Shown piece by piece: positions 17,211-29,972 of a DNA stretch of 64,000 bases. Positions within the stretch are counted from its first letter, which is position 1. Every line of letters begins with the position of its first letter. The DNA is from Piromyces finnis finn (Eukaryota > Fungi > Neocallimastigomycota), in the NCBI GenBank assembly GCA_002104945.1, contig MCFH01000001.1:558001-622000 (forward strand). The letters are read 5' to 3'. A model generated the notes under the pieces. That model saw only the letters and a list, made by a program, of their open reading frames with translations. It was not told the DNA's origin and did no database searches. Made by a program: the position numbers and the translations under genes.

Positions 17211-19276
17211 GTATATAAAAATTATATAATTTCGTCAAAATAATTTAATAATGGTAATATTATCATATTTATTAAAACCAAATGAAATATACTTGAAGGT
17301 AATTCTATATATTAATATTTTTTTTTTTTATTTTGATAAAATGTTTTAAGATTTAAAAATATTAATGAACATTTAATGTATAGATTTGAAACTATATATT
17401 TTAAAAACAATTTTATTATTACTTTCTTTCTTTTTTCTAATTACATATTCATCTATTTTATTTCATATATATATATATATTGATTTTTAAAATTTAGAAA
17501 ATATCGTGGAATTAGTTATTATAAATGTTATATTTAACTATCTAAAATTATATGTATGTTATTCATATCGTACATAATTCTTCTTCTTGCTGAGTAGTTC
17601 TTGATATAGCCCAATCAAAAAATATTTTTTGAATCGCCTTTTTTATAAATGTATTATTTAAAATTTATCATTTTAAAAAATATCAGTATTTGTATTACTG
17701 TTAATAGTAATTTATGATACATACAAATATGTTATTAAGAAATTTGTTTGCAAATTTTCTGGCTTTTATTGCTGATTTCCTTTGGATTTTTCTATCTAAT
17801 TCATTAAATAAATTATTTATTGTGCATGACCGTAGTTCATACTGATATATTACCCAATATTTAAGTTATTGTTTTAATATTATAAATTGTTGTTTCCATA
17901 ATTTTAATTGCAAAAAAGAAATTCGATATATATTATATATATATTTAACATACAAAAAATATATAATACATTATATAATATTATTTGAAATATTATTAGT
18001 TATTTATACACATATATTTTGTATATTTTGAAGTCATTTAAAGCTATTATTTATCCCCTATAGTAATAATTTATAATATGAAATTTAATGCTATTTTATA
18101 TGAATTTTGTATTTATTATTTGTTTTTTATAATTATACTATATTTGTATTAGTATATTCTATTTAATTTTTATAGTATAGTATATATTTAGTAAATATAA
18201 TATTTTATGATATGTTTAACAAGAATAAAAATAATGTAGTGGTATATAGTGGTTCATGTTTATCATGTAAAAAATAAAAGATTATTTACATCATTAAAAT
18301 ATTCATATATAGTTGCATTTATCTCTTTAATAAAATTTGCTGTTATAAGGGTATCGTTTATGTTTTCGTCCATAGTAACACTTTTCTAAAACTTTTTTGT
18401 TTTATTTCTTTTTTATAATATAAAAAAAAATTTTTTTTTTATTAATATTCCATAAAAAATGCAATGATAATTTCTACTCTATAAAATAATAAATATTCAT
18501 ATTATAAAAAAAAAATAAAAAAAAAAAAAAGAATAAAATATAAATATGTATATATATATATAATAAAAGTTATAGTTTTTATTTATCTTATTATATTTTA
18601 TTATTATTTGTTACATTTAATAATATAATATTTAAAATTATTGTTTCTAATATAGTATAAAAAAAAAAATTAAAAAAAAAAACACTTATAGAAATTTATA
18701 AGCCTATAATTATTTATATATATACATTTTATATAGCTATTTAGATTTATTTTTATCATATAAAATTATGAAAGTACGAACGAACTAATTTTATTTAGTA
18801 TATTAAATAAGAATAATAACTAAATACCATTTTATTTTATTTTTTTATATATAATAAAATTATAATTATAAATTTTTATTTTTGTAAATATTTATCTTAT
18901 TTTTATTTTTATATCAAACAAAGTTTCATGAAAATTTCATATATCTATATTATTTTTGAGAAAAAAGAGATACTGCTTAATATAAAAGTTTAAATATATA
19001 AAAATATCTAATTTTTTTTATTTTAGTGTTGAAAGTAATATATAGGTATTGATATATATCTTAATGTTACATGCGAAAATCTTTTTATAATTTATATTTT
19101 CTTTTTCAATATATTTATTTAATATTCAACTTAATGGGAACGAAAAATAATTCTTATTTATATAATTAATAAATGTAAATGTAAACTGTGAATAATAATA
19201 CATATAAATATTATAATTATTAGTATTAAAATAAATATTCAAAAAAAAAAAAAATATACAATGCTGCTAATTCTTC

Positions 19277-21462
19277 TTAATGATGAAATGCAATTTTTAA
19301 ATTTTGTACAGCATCTATTGCTTTCAAAACAAAATGCTCATAAGAATTATATAAATAATTTACATATAATTTTAAATTATTATTAAAAAGACGAATATTA
19401 TCATGTTTTAACGAAAAATTATTACAATATGTTATATAACGATCAATGTAAGGTTTAGTGTACTGTTGCACATTGAAACTAAAATTAATTAAAAAAAAAA
19501 AAAGATACATTTTCATTATTATATGAGGAGGGATGAAAGTTTTAAAATAAACTTTAATTTATATAATCATTACCTTGACATTAATATAAATAAAAATATA
19601 TAGATGATTATGACAAATATTATTATTAATATTAGATTTGTCAATTTTTCTGTATTATTAAATATCTTTCCTTTAATGTTCTATATATAATTACATAAAT
19701 AAATGTATAGTGAATAATACATTATGCATAAATGTTTAATTTATATATATATAAAATTACTTACATTATTTTTTATTTCATTTCTTAAAAGTTGTATTTT
19801 TTTGTTCATTTGATTAATTTCTTCTTTGTATTTTTCATTTTGTTTTTCGAATTTTTCTTGTAATTCATTTAACTCTTTCTATTAATATTTAAAATTTGGT
19901 TAGCTTTCTTTCTTTATATATATTCTTTATATAAATGTATATTTATTAATACCATCGATGCTGAATATTTGTTACTAATTCTTTCTGCTTTTAATAAAAT
20001 TTCGCTACATGTTTTTTGACTATATTTGATTTCGTTCATTATACTATCGAAGTTTTTAATACTTAATCTATAGATTAAAATTATTTATATTATACATATT
20101 ATAAATAAATTCCTTATTACTATTCATTAATAATTTCATAATTTCTATTTCAGTATATTACTTTTCTTCATCTCTTTCATTTCTCATTTTTGATACCACA
20201 TAACTTAGATTTCTTAAAACATCTATCATATTTTTGTATTCATATTCACTTATGTTTTCATCTGTAATTATTCCTAAACTTTTATTTAATTCAAACTCTC
20301 CATTATATCCATAGGTTGCATACTCATCAAATTCATATTCACTATCTAAAAATTCTGTTTCAATATCATCATCATCATCCTCTTCTTCTTCTTCTTCATC
20401 ATCATCCTCTTCCTCTTCCTCTTCCTCTTCATATTCTTCATATTCATCATACTCTTCGTCATCGTTATCTTCGTCTTCATATTCATCCATATCTATGTTA
20501 TCTTCATATTCATTTTCATTATTATTAATAATTCCTTGTTCTTTTAAAAATCTTTTAATATTTTCATTAACATTATTATATTGATAGGAATAGTTTGGTG
20601 AATTTAAGAAATTTTCATTTACACTGGAATTTCCATCCTCGGTTATAGAAAGTAGAAGTGGTCTGTAATTATAATCTTGAGAAACCGAGTTTTGACTATT
20701 ATTAGATGATATAGAATGACATAATAATTCTTTAATTAACTTATTGGCAACATTTTTAGTAGGTGATGTATTAGTTGTTGTTTCTGATGATATATCAGCA
20801 ATTTCATCTAATAAATTATTGTTTTTTGTTAATGTTTTTATCTTTTATATTTATTTATTATAATAATGCATAAATTAATATAATTTATAAAATGTATAAA
20901 ATATAAGAAGATAAATAAACTAATTTTTCTGAAGATAATAAGTAATAATATCAATATTATTTAAAAATAATTTTTATGGGGTGTGATATTTAATGAAACA
21001 TCAATAACAATAATAATATGTCAAACAAGTAAATATACTAATATTAAATACTATATAAAATAATAAAATACTATTTATTTTATTATATCTTTTTTTTTTT
21101 AAACTTTTGTAAAAATTTAACAGAAAAATGGAATAAATTATTAAAATGTACTTTACATTATTAGAAAGAACTCTGTTTCTATTAATATCCTCATTTTCAT
21201 TATATTTCAAATTTTTTAAAATATTATTGTTTCTTGTGTTACTTTTATTACAAGAATTACTTTGTGCTAATTCAGAATTTCTATCCAAATTCTCGTTATT
21301 GTTACCTTCTGGTTGAATTATATTTTTAAGCATAGTCATTTCCTTATAATTTTCTTCAAATACTTTATTTTGAATTTTTTCTATATTATTTTTTTCTTTG
21401 TTTTCTTTTTTTCCGATATTATTTTTTGTGTAATTACTTTTTTTTGTATTAATAATATTCAT
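19277..21462 (-). CDS. Hypothetical protein with acidic tract, coiled coil and near-C-terminal transmembrane helix, about 6 exons
   Basis: ORF pieces 21462-, 20844-20160, 20067-19942, about 19880-19764, about 19680-19575 and 19477-19277 join via GT-AG introns. It has a poly-D/E run, heptad-like KELNELQEKFEKQNEKYKEEINQMNKKIQLLRNE and a hydrophobic LILIIFVIIIYIFLFILM segment. Some junctions are uncertain. Confidence 0.65.
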
Positions 21463-23032
21463 TGCCTTATATATTTATTATCTGTAATTAAAGGAGGGCA
21501 ATTATCAAAAGTAATTATAAATTTATTAAAATTAATATTTTAATTATTGTAATAATGAATTATTAAAATTTATAGGAATATATTGTAATAAAAGTTTTTT
21601 TTTTCTATTTTTATATATCTATTAATTTAATATTTATAATATGATGAAATTTCATTTACTTGGTTAATGAAGTTATTCTTTTTTGAAGTTTTATTCTTTT
21701 AAAATTATAAATTTTAAAAATTTAATACTGTTCATTTTATTTATTAAATAGAATAGTAATTTAAATTTTAAAATTTAATATTTATTTCAAAAAAAAAAAA
21801 AAAAAAAAAATTAATTTAATTATATTATTTTAATTAATATCATAATTGAGTAAAGTTTATTAAAAATATTTTTATTTATTTATTATTTTTAAAAAAAATA
21901 AAAAATAAAAAAAGGGAAAATTATTGTTTGAGAAATGATTTTGATATTTAAAAATATCAAATTCAAATAATAAAAAAAAAAAGTTATATATATATTTTAT
22001 TATTTAACAATAATATTATGTAAAAAAAAAAGAGGAAAATAATAATATTTAAACTTTTATATATATCATAAGACATATATAATCTATAAAAATAAAATAA
22101 TTAATTTTAAAATAATAGTTTTTATTATTATTTAATTTCTTTATATTTTAATTTTGATATTATTTTTCTGTATAGATATTAACCTTTAAACCTATACATA
22201 TAAATATGTTTTTTTTAGCTAGAGTAAAATCATACTTTTGTTTTTCTATTTTTTCCTTAATTAGAAAGAGTCTTTGAAATTTTTGTTTTTCAACTTGATT
22301 TGATAATTAACTTTAGAAGTTGAATAATATTGCTTTATATGAAAAAGATGTATAATATTATAAACCAATCCTTTTGTGAAATTAAACATGAATTACACTA
22401 ACTTGTTATATTATTATTATGTATAATTTTATTTTATAGAAAAAAAATCAAAGTTAAATATACAATTAAACTATTAAATATTTTGATTGAATATTCTTTG
22501 CTTTTTTTTTTTTTTTTTTTTTTAAATGTAATGTGGTTATTATTTACTTTTAATATTCATGTTACATATGCTTGTGTAAAAATTCGAATATCAATACAAA
22601 CATTAAAAGTAAAAAAAAAAAAAAAAAAAAAAATAATATAAACTACATTTATATTTATTTATGTTTTATACCTTTTAACTTTTTGTATTCAATGTTTTAA
22701 GTTTTAACAAAAAAATAAATTTACATATAAATCAAAAAAAAAAAAAAAAAAGGATAATATCTAAATACCGAGATATTTTACAAATACTATCGAACTGGAA
22801 AAATGAATATATACTATCTTTATTTTATTTGAAATACTTTTTATTATCTTTAAAAAGATATCATATATATATATATTTAGTAACAAATGCATGATTCATT
22901 TTGAATTTTGTTGAATTGAATTATGATTTTTTTTTTAATAAACGAATCTACTCTATTATTATAAATTGTTATATTTAAAACTAATAGCTTATCAATATAC
23001 CATGCATAATATATAATAATTGTAAAATAGAT

Positions 23033-23067
<35 letters not shown>

Positions 23068-23157
23068 TAGAATGATAAAGTATATATAATTTTTGGTATT
23101 ATATAATTATAACATTTTTGTTTGGAAAATAAATAGCAATTTCAAGGTAGTAATATT

Positions 23158-24314
23158 TTAATTAAAATAATTTGATTTATTTTGATTATAGTTTGAATAG
23201 TTCATAAATTGTGGTTTATTATTGCTTCCTATTCTATTGTAGTTATTTGTACCGTTTATTGATCTTGTTTGATTAAATAAACTAGGTGTACCATTATCTT
23301 TACTATTATTTGAAAAGGATGTTGAGTTGGATACTCTATTGTTAGTATAAGGTTTAAATTCAGGTACATTGACATTCAATGTCGTGTTCATATTTGATGC
23401 TATTGGTGAATCATTTAATGATAGTTTATTACTTTTTGCTTTATAATAATAATAAATATTTATATTTTTTGTTATATATATATATTATATGTTTAGTATT
23501 TATTTTTCAATATATTTTTAATGATGATTATAATCTTTTGTTAATTATTATTAACATAACTAACATTAACAACAACAACAACAACAACAACAATAATAAT
23601 AATTATAATTTAAAAAAAAAAATTAAAATTTACAATCTGGTATAAAGATTTCACTATTTGGATTTAATTTTGAAAATGATGAATTGTTTTTAATTGAATC
23701 CATCGAATTCATGTCACCATTATTTATATTAATTGACTTTTTATAATTTGAAGAGGAAATAGGTGATGATAATGGATCGTTATTATATATAGATGATGCT
23801 TGAAAAGAAGAAATGCCGTTATTTTCAAAATTATCTTTATTATTGAATACATTGAAGTCTATTAAACATAATTATATTTATTACCATAATTTAATAATTT
23901 AGATATCATGATTTTAAATAATAATAATTTTAATAATTACCATTTTTATAATTAAGATCTTTATTTGATATCCAAGGATTATTACTATTGTTATTGTTAC
24001 TGTTATTATTGCTATTTCCATTATTGATTGACATAGGACTATTAGAAAACATAAACTTTTTATCAATTTGAAATGCTATTGGCGAATTATTGAAATTGGA
24101 AGAATTATGGCCTTTTGTTGGAGTTTGATTCGGACTTGAAAAATTTTGGAAAGTATTTGTATTATTTGAATAAAGTTCGTTTAATGTATTATTCTTATTA
24201 TTAATTAATGAATTTGATATTAATGGATTATTATTGGATGGAATATTTGCATTGTTGTATGGATTGAAATTTGAATAATTTCTAATATTACTATATGAAT
24301 GACTATTACTAACA

Positions 24315-24346
<32 letters not shown>

Positions 24347-25895
24347 GAATGGAGAAGAATAACACAAATTGTTATTAAGCAAATTATTTGGTGACGATTG
24401 TTGCTGATTTATTAAAGAATTTTGATCCATAAGTAAATTTTGTTGTAACTGAGGATTATTTATCATTGGCTTTTGGAATTTTTTTTGATATGGTGATTGT
24501 TGAAATTTTTGTTGAGACATTATATTAGGTGATTGATTAAAAGTTTGATTAAAATATTGTGGTATACTGTAATCTGGTGTTTGGGGTTTTATAATAAAAT
24601 TAGAACGATTATATACATCCTTATCATCATCTTCTTCTATACCTTTTTGATTATTCTCTTTTGACACTTTTGGTTTTAAATTATTATTTGAGGTTTGATC
24701 TGATTCATCAAAAATTCTTGCTCTTGCTAAATCATAAGCTAATTTACGTTCTTCCAATGAGATATTATTTTTTTTTATATTATGTTCGTTGGATTTTTTT
24801 TTCATTACTGTCTTATTAGTATTTGTATTATTACTGATTTTCTTATCATTTCGCTTCATAATTTTTATTTCAGTATTTCCTGTTTCCAATTCATTCGAAT
24901 CATCTGGTTTTGCTATAATATCATTAAAACTTTTCTTTGGTCTTAGAATTTAGTATTTTTAATATCATATATATATATATATATGATAAATAATAACCAG
25001 AAAAAACAAGGAGTTAATAAAAATAAATTACTTGGTACTATTTAAAATATTATTATAAAAGAAAGAAATCTTTAGTCAATAAATACATTCTTGTGGCTAC
25101 TGTCTTTATTACAATTACTGAACAATTATTTCTATCATTTATATGACATAATTTAAAATAATTTGCAATTTTGTGTATAATTAATCTTTGATAAGAATTC
25201 ATATTTTGATATTCAATACTAGTTTCTCTAGAATAATTAAAATTAATTATGAAAATGAATTAATCTTTTTATACAAAACAATATTTATATTCATTTCATT
25301 TTATATATATTTTAATTACTTTTTGTTTTTAATTAAATTTGTCATTTCATATTCTAATCTTAATATAAACATTCTGTCATTATCATCTTCTAAACGTTCA
25401 ACAATAAATGGATCAATTTCTTCAACTACTTCTTCCTGATCTTGCTTTTCATCTTGCTTTACTTCTTTTAATGGAGCTTTTACTACAATTTTATTGGTAT
25501 TATTTGAATCATTTATTCCAACAACACTACTATATGATCTTACTATATATATTTGATGTATTAAGGTGCGTTTTTTTATATTTATTTTTATTTACATTAT
25601 TTATTTATGATATTTTGAAAATGAATAATAATTAAAATTAATGATTATGTAAGTTCATTAGTTTAATATGTATTATGTATTATATATATATTTTACCATT
25701 GTTATTATCATTATTCATTTTATTTTTTGATAAAATTTTAAAATTTGAATCTTGAGCAACTTTTTTAGATAAAATAGTTGGAGAATTATTTTCGTTGTTA
25801 TGATTATCTATTGAAATTTCATTTACATTTTCTTGTTTATTGTTTTTTTCAGTCTCGGATTGTTTATTTTGTAAAAGAATTTTTTTAGTTTCCAT
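23158..25895 (-). CDS. R3H plus SUZ domain RNA-binding protein (Encore/R3HDM/ARPP21-like) with C-terminal PAM2-like motifs, about 6 exons
   Basis: Exon peptides DRMFILRLEYEM and MNSYQRLIIHKIANYFKLCH...SVIVIKT (R3H), then IKIMKR...SLEERKLAYDLARARIF (SUZ), followed by an N/Q-rich tail. Confidence 0.85.
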
Positions 25896-26468
25896 TATTC
25901 CTTTTAATATGTGTAACTAATAAAATATATACTAGAAAATTTATAAATATATTTATAATGACACTTTTATTGAAAAATTAAATAAATTCAATAATTTAAA
26001 CAATGAAGAAATAAAAATGTCACATATATATAAATATATAATGATGTTAATGTTTAATATATAAAAATATTTATTATTTTTATTATCACTATTACAATTA
26101 ATAATTTTTTTTTTTTTTTTTTTAAAAAAAAGAAAATTAAATTGATTCATTACCTCTTGAATGGTTAATATATTAAATTTTTTAATTCAAAATTTTAAGA
26201 TGGTAATAATCTTTAAAAATTAATACATTGCTTAAAGTAATTACTTTTAGTTTTATGTAATATTATATATAAATAATATTTATTATTATATATTTTAAGA
26301 TATTTTATATATTTGCTTGCTTTATTTTTAATTAACTAAATAAATATATAAATAGTAAAACTTGTTTTTAGAATAACAAAAAAAACTTAAAATAATTAAA
26401 AAGGGAATATTTTTTAAGTGTATTATTTATATAATTGATTTAATCTTTTATTTAAATATAATCTATTC

Positions 26469-26582
26469 ATTCATTAAATTATTATAATAAATATTTATTT
26501 ATATTATAATTTATTTATTCATTAAATTATTATAATAAATATTTATTTATGTTATAATTTATTTATTCATTAAATTATTATA
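26469..26582. repeat. 48-bp AT-rich tandem repeat, about 2.4 copies
   Basis: Unit ATTCATTAAATTATTATAATAAATATTTATTTAT(A/G)TTATAATTTATTT starts at 26469, 26517 and 26565. Confidence 0.8.
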
Positions 26583-26652
26583 TTTATATTACAATATTAC
26601 AATATTGTATTTATTAAATATTAATAAATATTTATAAATTTAAAGTACGGGC

Positions 26653-26683
<31 letters not shown>

Positions 26684-27338
26684 TTTTTAGCATAAAGTTG
26701 TATTACGTTACATAAAAATTATAACTTTAAAAATATCAATATAAAAAATATAAAAATATCTTTTATACTATTATAAAGTATGGAAAAGTGTGTTAAATTA
26801 TTGTTAAATATATAATTACTTATAATATAGATCACATAAAAATAAAATGAAGAAATATTTCTATTATAATTCATTATATTATAAAATTATGCTAATTCTC
26901 ATTATTTCATAATGAATAGTTTAGATTGACTCTTTATAATATATACAAAGATGAAATTTTTTTAATTAAATATTTAAATCTAATTTAAAAGACTATTATA
27001 TAAATATTCTATATTCTATATTCTATAATAAATAATATCACAAGTATAGTTAAAATAACAAACAAATAACTTTAGTATTAATGAATTATAGAAATACAGT
27101 ATAGAATACTATAAAAAATATTAAAAATATGATTTTTTTTAATTTAACTTAAATTTAAATTTTTAAATTTTTTAAATTAAAAAAATGAGCTATTTAGTTG
27201 TAATTAGTTTTAACATCCTTTTTTTTATTAGTCTTTTAATAAGAACAATAAACTCAATACAGACTCATATTGTAATAAAAGCAATAATTAACTAGTTAAT
27301 AAACATATATTCATTTATTATAAATTCTGTAAAAAATT

Positions 27339-29215
27339 ATGACTGTTAAAACTTCAAAAGGAAAGAGAGGTAGAACAACAGGTTCTTCACAATCAAAGAA
27401 AGAAGAAAGAAATCAAGAAATAAGTGAAGAAATTAAAGAAGTAATTACATTTTTTTTAACCATATAATAATATCATAATTTTTATAATTAATTTTGTATA
27501 TCTTCCCCCAAAACTAAATAATTTCATTTTATTAAAAATATTTAATAGAAAAACAATATATATCTTCAAAAATGGTCAATCATATTTTCACTGTCTCTTT
27601 TTTTCATTCTTAGTAAATACCTTTACTTCCCTCATTATTATAATCAAAAAATAATTTATTAATATACTGACAAAATTTTTTATATTTAAATTAATAAATA
27701 TGAATAAATCTTTATTTTCAGTATCGATATTTTTGATAGTTGTTGAAAATAATAGCATATCAGGATATAAAATATATGCCCATCAGCAATATAAAAGATC
27801 ACTATCAACTCTTCAAAAATCAGTAAATAATTTTTCATCTATCATTAAACAATCAAGTAACGAGTTTCATGTTAGGAAAAGACGTTCTGATTTGATAAGT
27901 AATGAAGATTCAGAAAATTTCAAACTTACTTATCCATACCAACCACTTGTATTAGCATTAGATGTATGTAATTTTGTCTTCTTGCTATTATATTAATAAA
28001 TAATTATATTATATATTATTAATAAAATCTAATAAATATCAATATATTCTAGAGTATTCAAGAAATTACATGGGATGCAGCTGATATGTTAGATAGTGAA
28101 AAAATGGATATTATTTTAAAAGATATTTCAGGTTCTAGGGAAGAAGAAATTATAGCAAAAAATATACCAATTACATTAAAAAAATTTAAAATTAATTTAG
28201 ATAATAAAGTTAAATCTGGCACTTATAACTTAATATTTATAGAAAAGAAGGAAAATAATGACATATACATGTGTTCTTCTCCCGAAATTTTAATTCTTGA
28301 TATGAATAAAAATGATAAAAACTATTATCCGAAGTTACTAAAATTTACATATCCATATGCCTTATGTAATAAAAAAAATAATAATATATTTTAAAATTTT
28401 GTATTTTTTACATTTAATTAATTTTTAATATTAAAATATAGTGGAATGGAGAATTAATGATAATTCCATAGTTACATGGAATCCTCTTCCATTTACAAAG
28501 TTTAGTACTACTTTTAAACTTTCAATATGTGAATTAATCTCAAATGATGATGGCTTGGATATATCAGAAACTTTAATTCATCCAGAAGTTCAAGCATCAA
28601 ACGGATACATTAAAGTTAACCTCAAAAATATTAGAGGTATTTCATCTGGAAAACAATATTTCTTTAAAGCTTCATTCTTATCTGGAATTTTTGAAATGTC
28701 ATCATTATTTACTACTGTTGATGATACTCTTGAGATTACAAATTACGCCAAACCAATTCAAATTGTCGCACCATTTACCTCAACTATATGGAAAATTAAT
28801 GTATTATATACATATATATAAATATAAATATAAATAATTTATTTATATTCAAATTAATTTTTTTTATAATAAATTATAGGAAACTGTTAACATTTCTTTA
28901 AATATTAAAAGATATATCCAAGATAATATCGGTTCAACTTATTTAAGACTATCATATGTTAATTTAGAAAGCAATACAAATAATTTTGATAGTACATTTA
29001 TTACCCAATTTAGGATGACTAAAAGAAAGAATATCGGTAAAAATGTTACAATTAAAATTAAAGATATTAAAAGCATAGAAGATAGTCAAATTATTTGGAG
29101 AGTTCCAGTTAATATAAAAATAGGATATTATTCTATTCAAATAATTAAAACTAATGAAAATGGAATTGAGTCTATTATTGATCAAACCTCACCAATTATT
29201 GAAATTATACCTTGA
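27339..29215 (+). CDS. Signal-anchored or secreted protein with three tandem Ig-like (Kre9/Knh1 N-terminal-like) repeats, about 6 exons
   Basis: Exons 27339-27440 (MTVKTSKGKRGR...), 27549-27612 (WSIIFSLSLFFIL) and 27740 onward join in frame. The repeats start LTYPY..LVLALD..ITW, FTYPY..VEWRIND..VTW and IVAPF..TIWKINE..ISL. The last ends IIWRVPVNIKIGYYSIQI. Domain identity is inferred from the pattern only. Confidence 0.7.
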
Positions 29216-29438
29216 TCTAATTTAAAAGAAATCAGTAATAATAATAAATAAATAAATAAAAAGGATAAGATGTGATAAATACATTTATTATAAATTTATT
29301 TTCAATTAGTAATTTTTTTTATAATGGTAATAATATATAAATATATATATAAATATATATATATAATAAACCTTTATTATGATGTCTTGATATATTAATA
29401 ATTACAAATATATTGCTGTATGTATTATGTTCATGATG

Positions 29439-29440
<2 letters not shown>

Positions 29441-29505
<65 letters not shown>

Positions 29506-29506
29506 A
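29441..29506. repeat. (AAAT)n microsatellite
   Basis: About 16 AAAT units in intergenic DNA. Confidence 0.85.
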
Positions 29507-29972
29507 GTAAATGAATTAAATAAGTAAATTAAATAAATAAGTAAATGAGTAAATAAAAATCCAAGATGAATTTTAATAATTAAAGTAAAAATAATTATAT
29601 TGATATTTGTTAAAACTAATGCTAACTACTACTAATATGTAATGTAATTCCTGTTTTATATATAATTATTTATAAAAATATTAATTTTTAAAATTTTATT
29701 TAGGTATTTAAAGTTTAACTTATTTTTTTTTAACAAAAATTAATCTGATAAAAGTTATTATGAATTTTTTTTATATATATTTTATTTTTATATATATTTC
29801 TAGATATTTGTATATATATTATATTATTTTTATTATATATAAAATTTTTTAATTTGAATTTATAAAAAGTCGAATATTATTTGAATAAAGGAATAAAAGA
29901 AGAATAATTTAAACTATTATTGTATAAATTGGATTCTAAGGTTATTTCTTTAAATTCCCTTTATAATTAATA

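Noticed and set aside
26469-26582. Tandem repeats (48-bp here, 54-bp in Abi) considered as a CRISPR-like array
   Set aside because: There are no unique spacers and no cas genes, and the context is eukaryotic.
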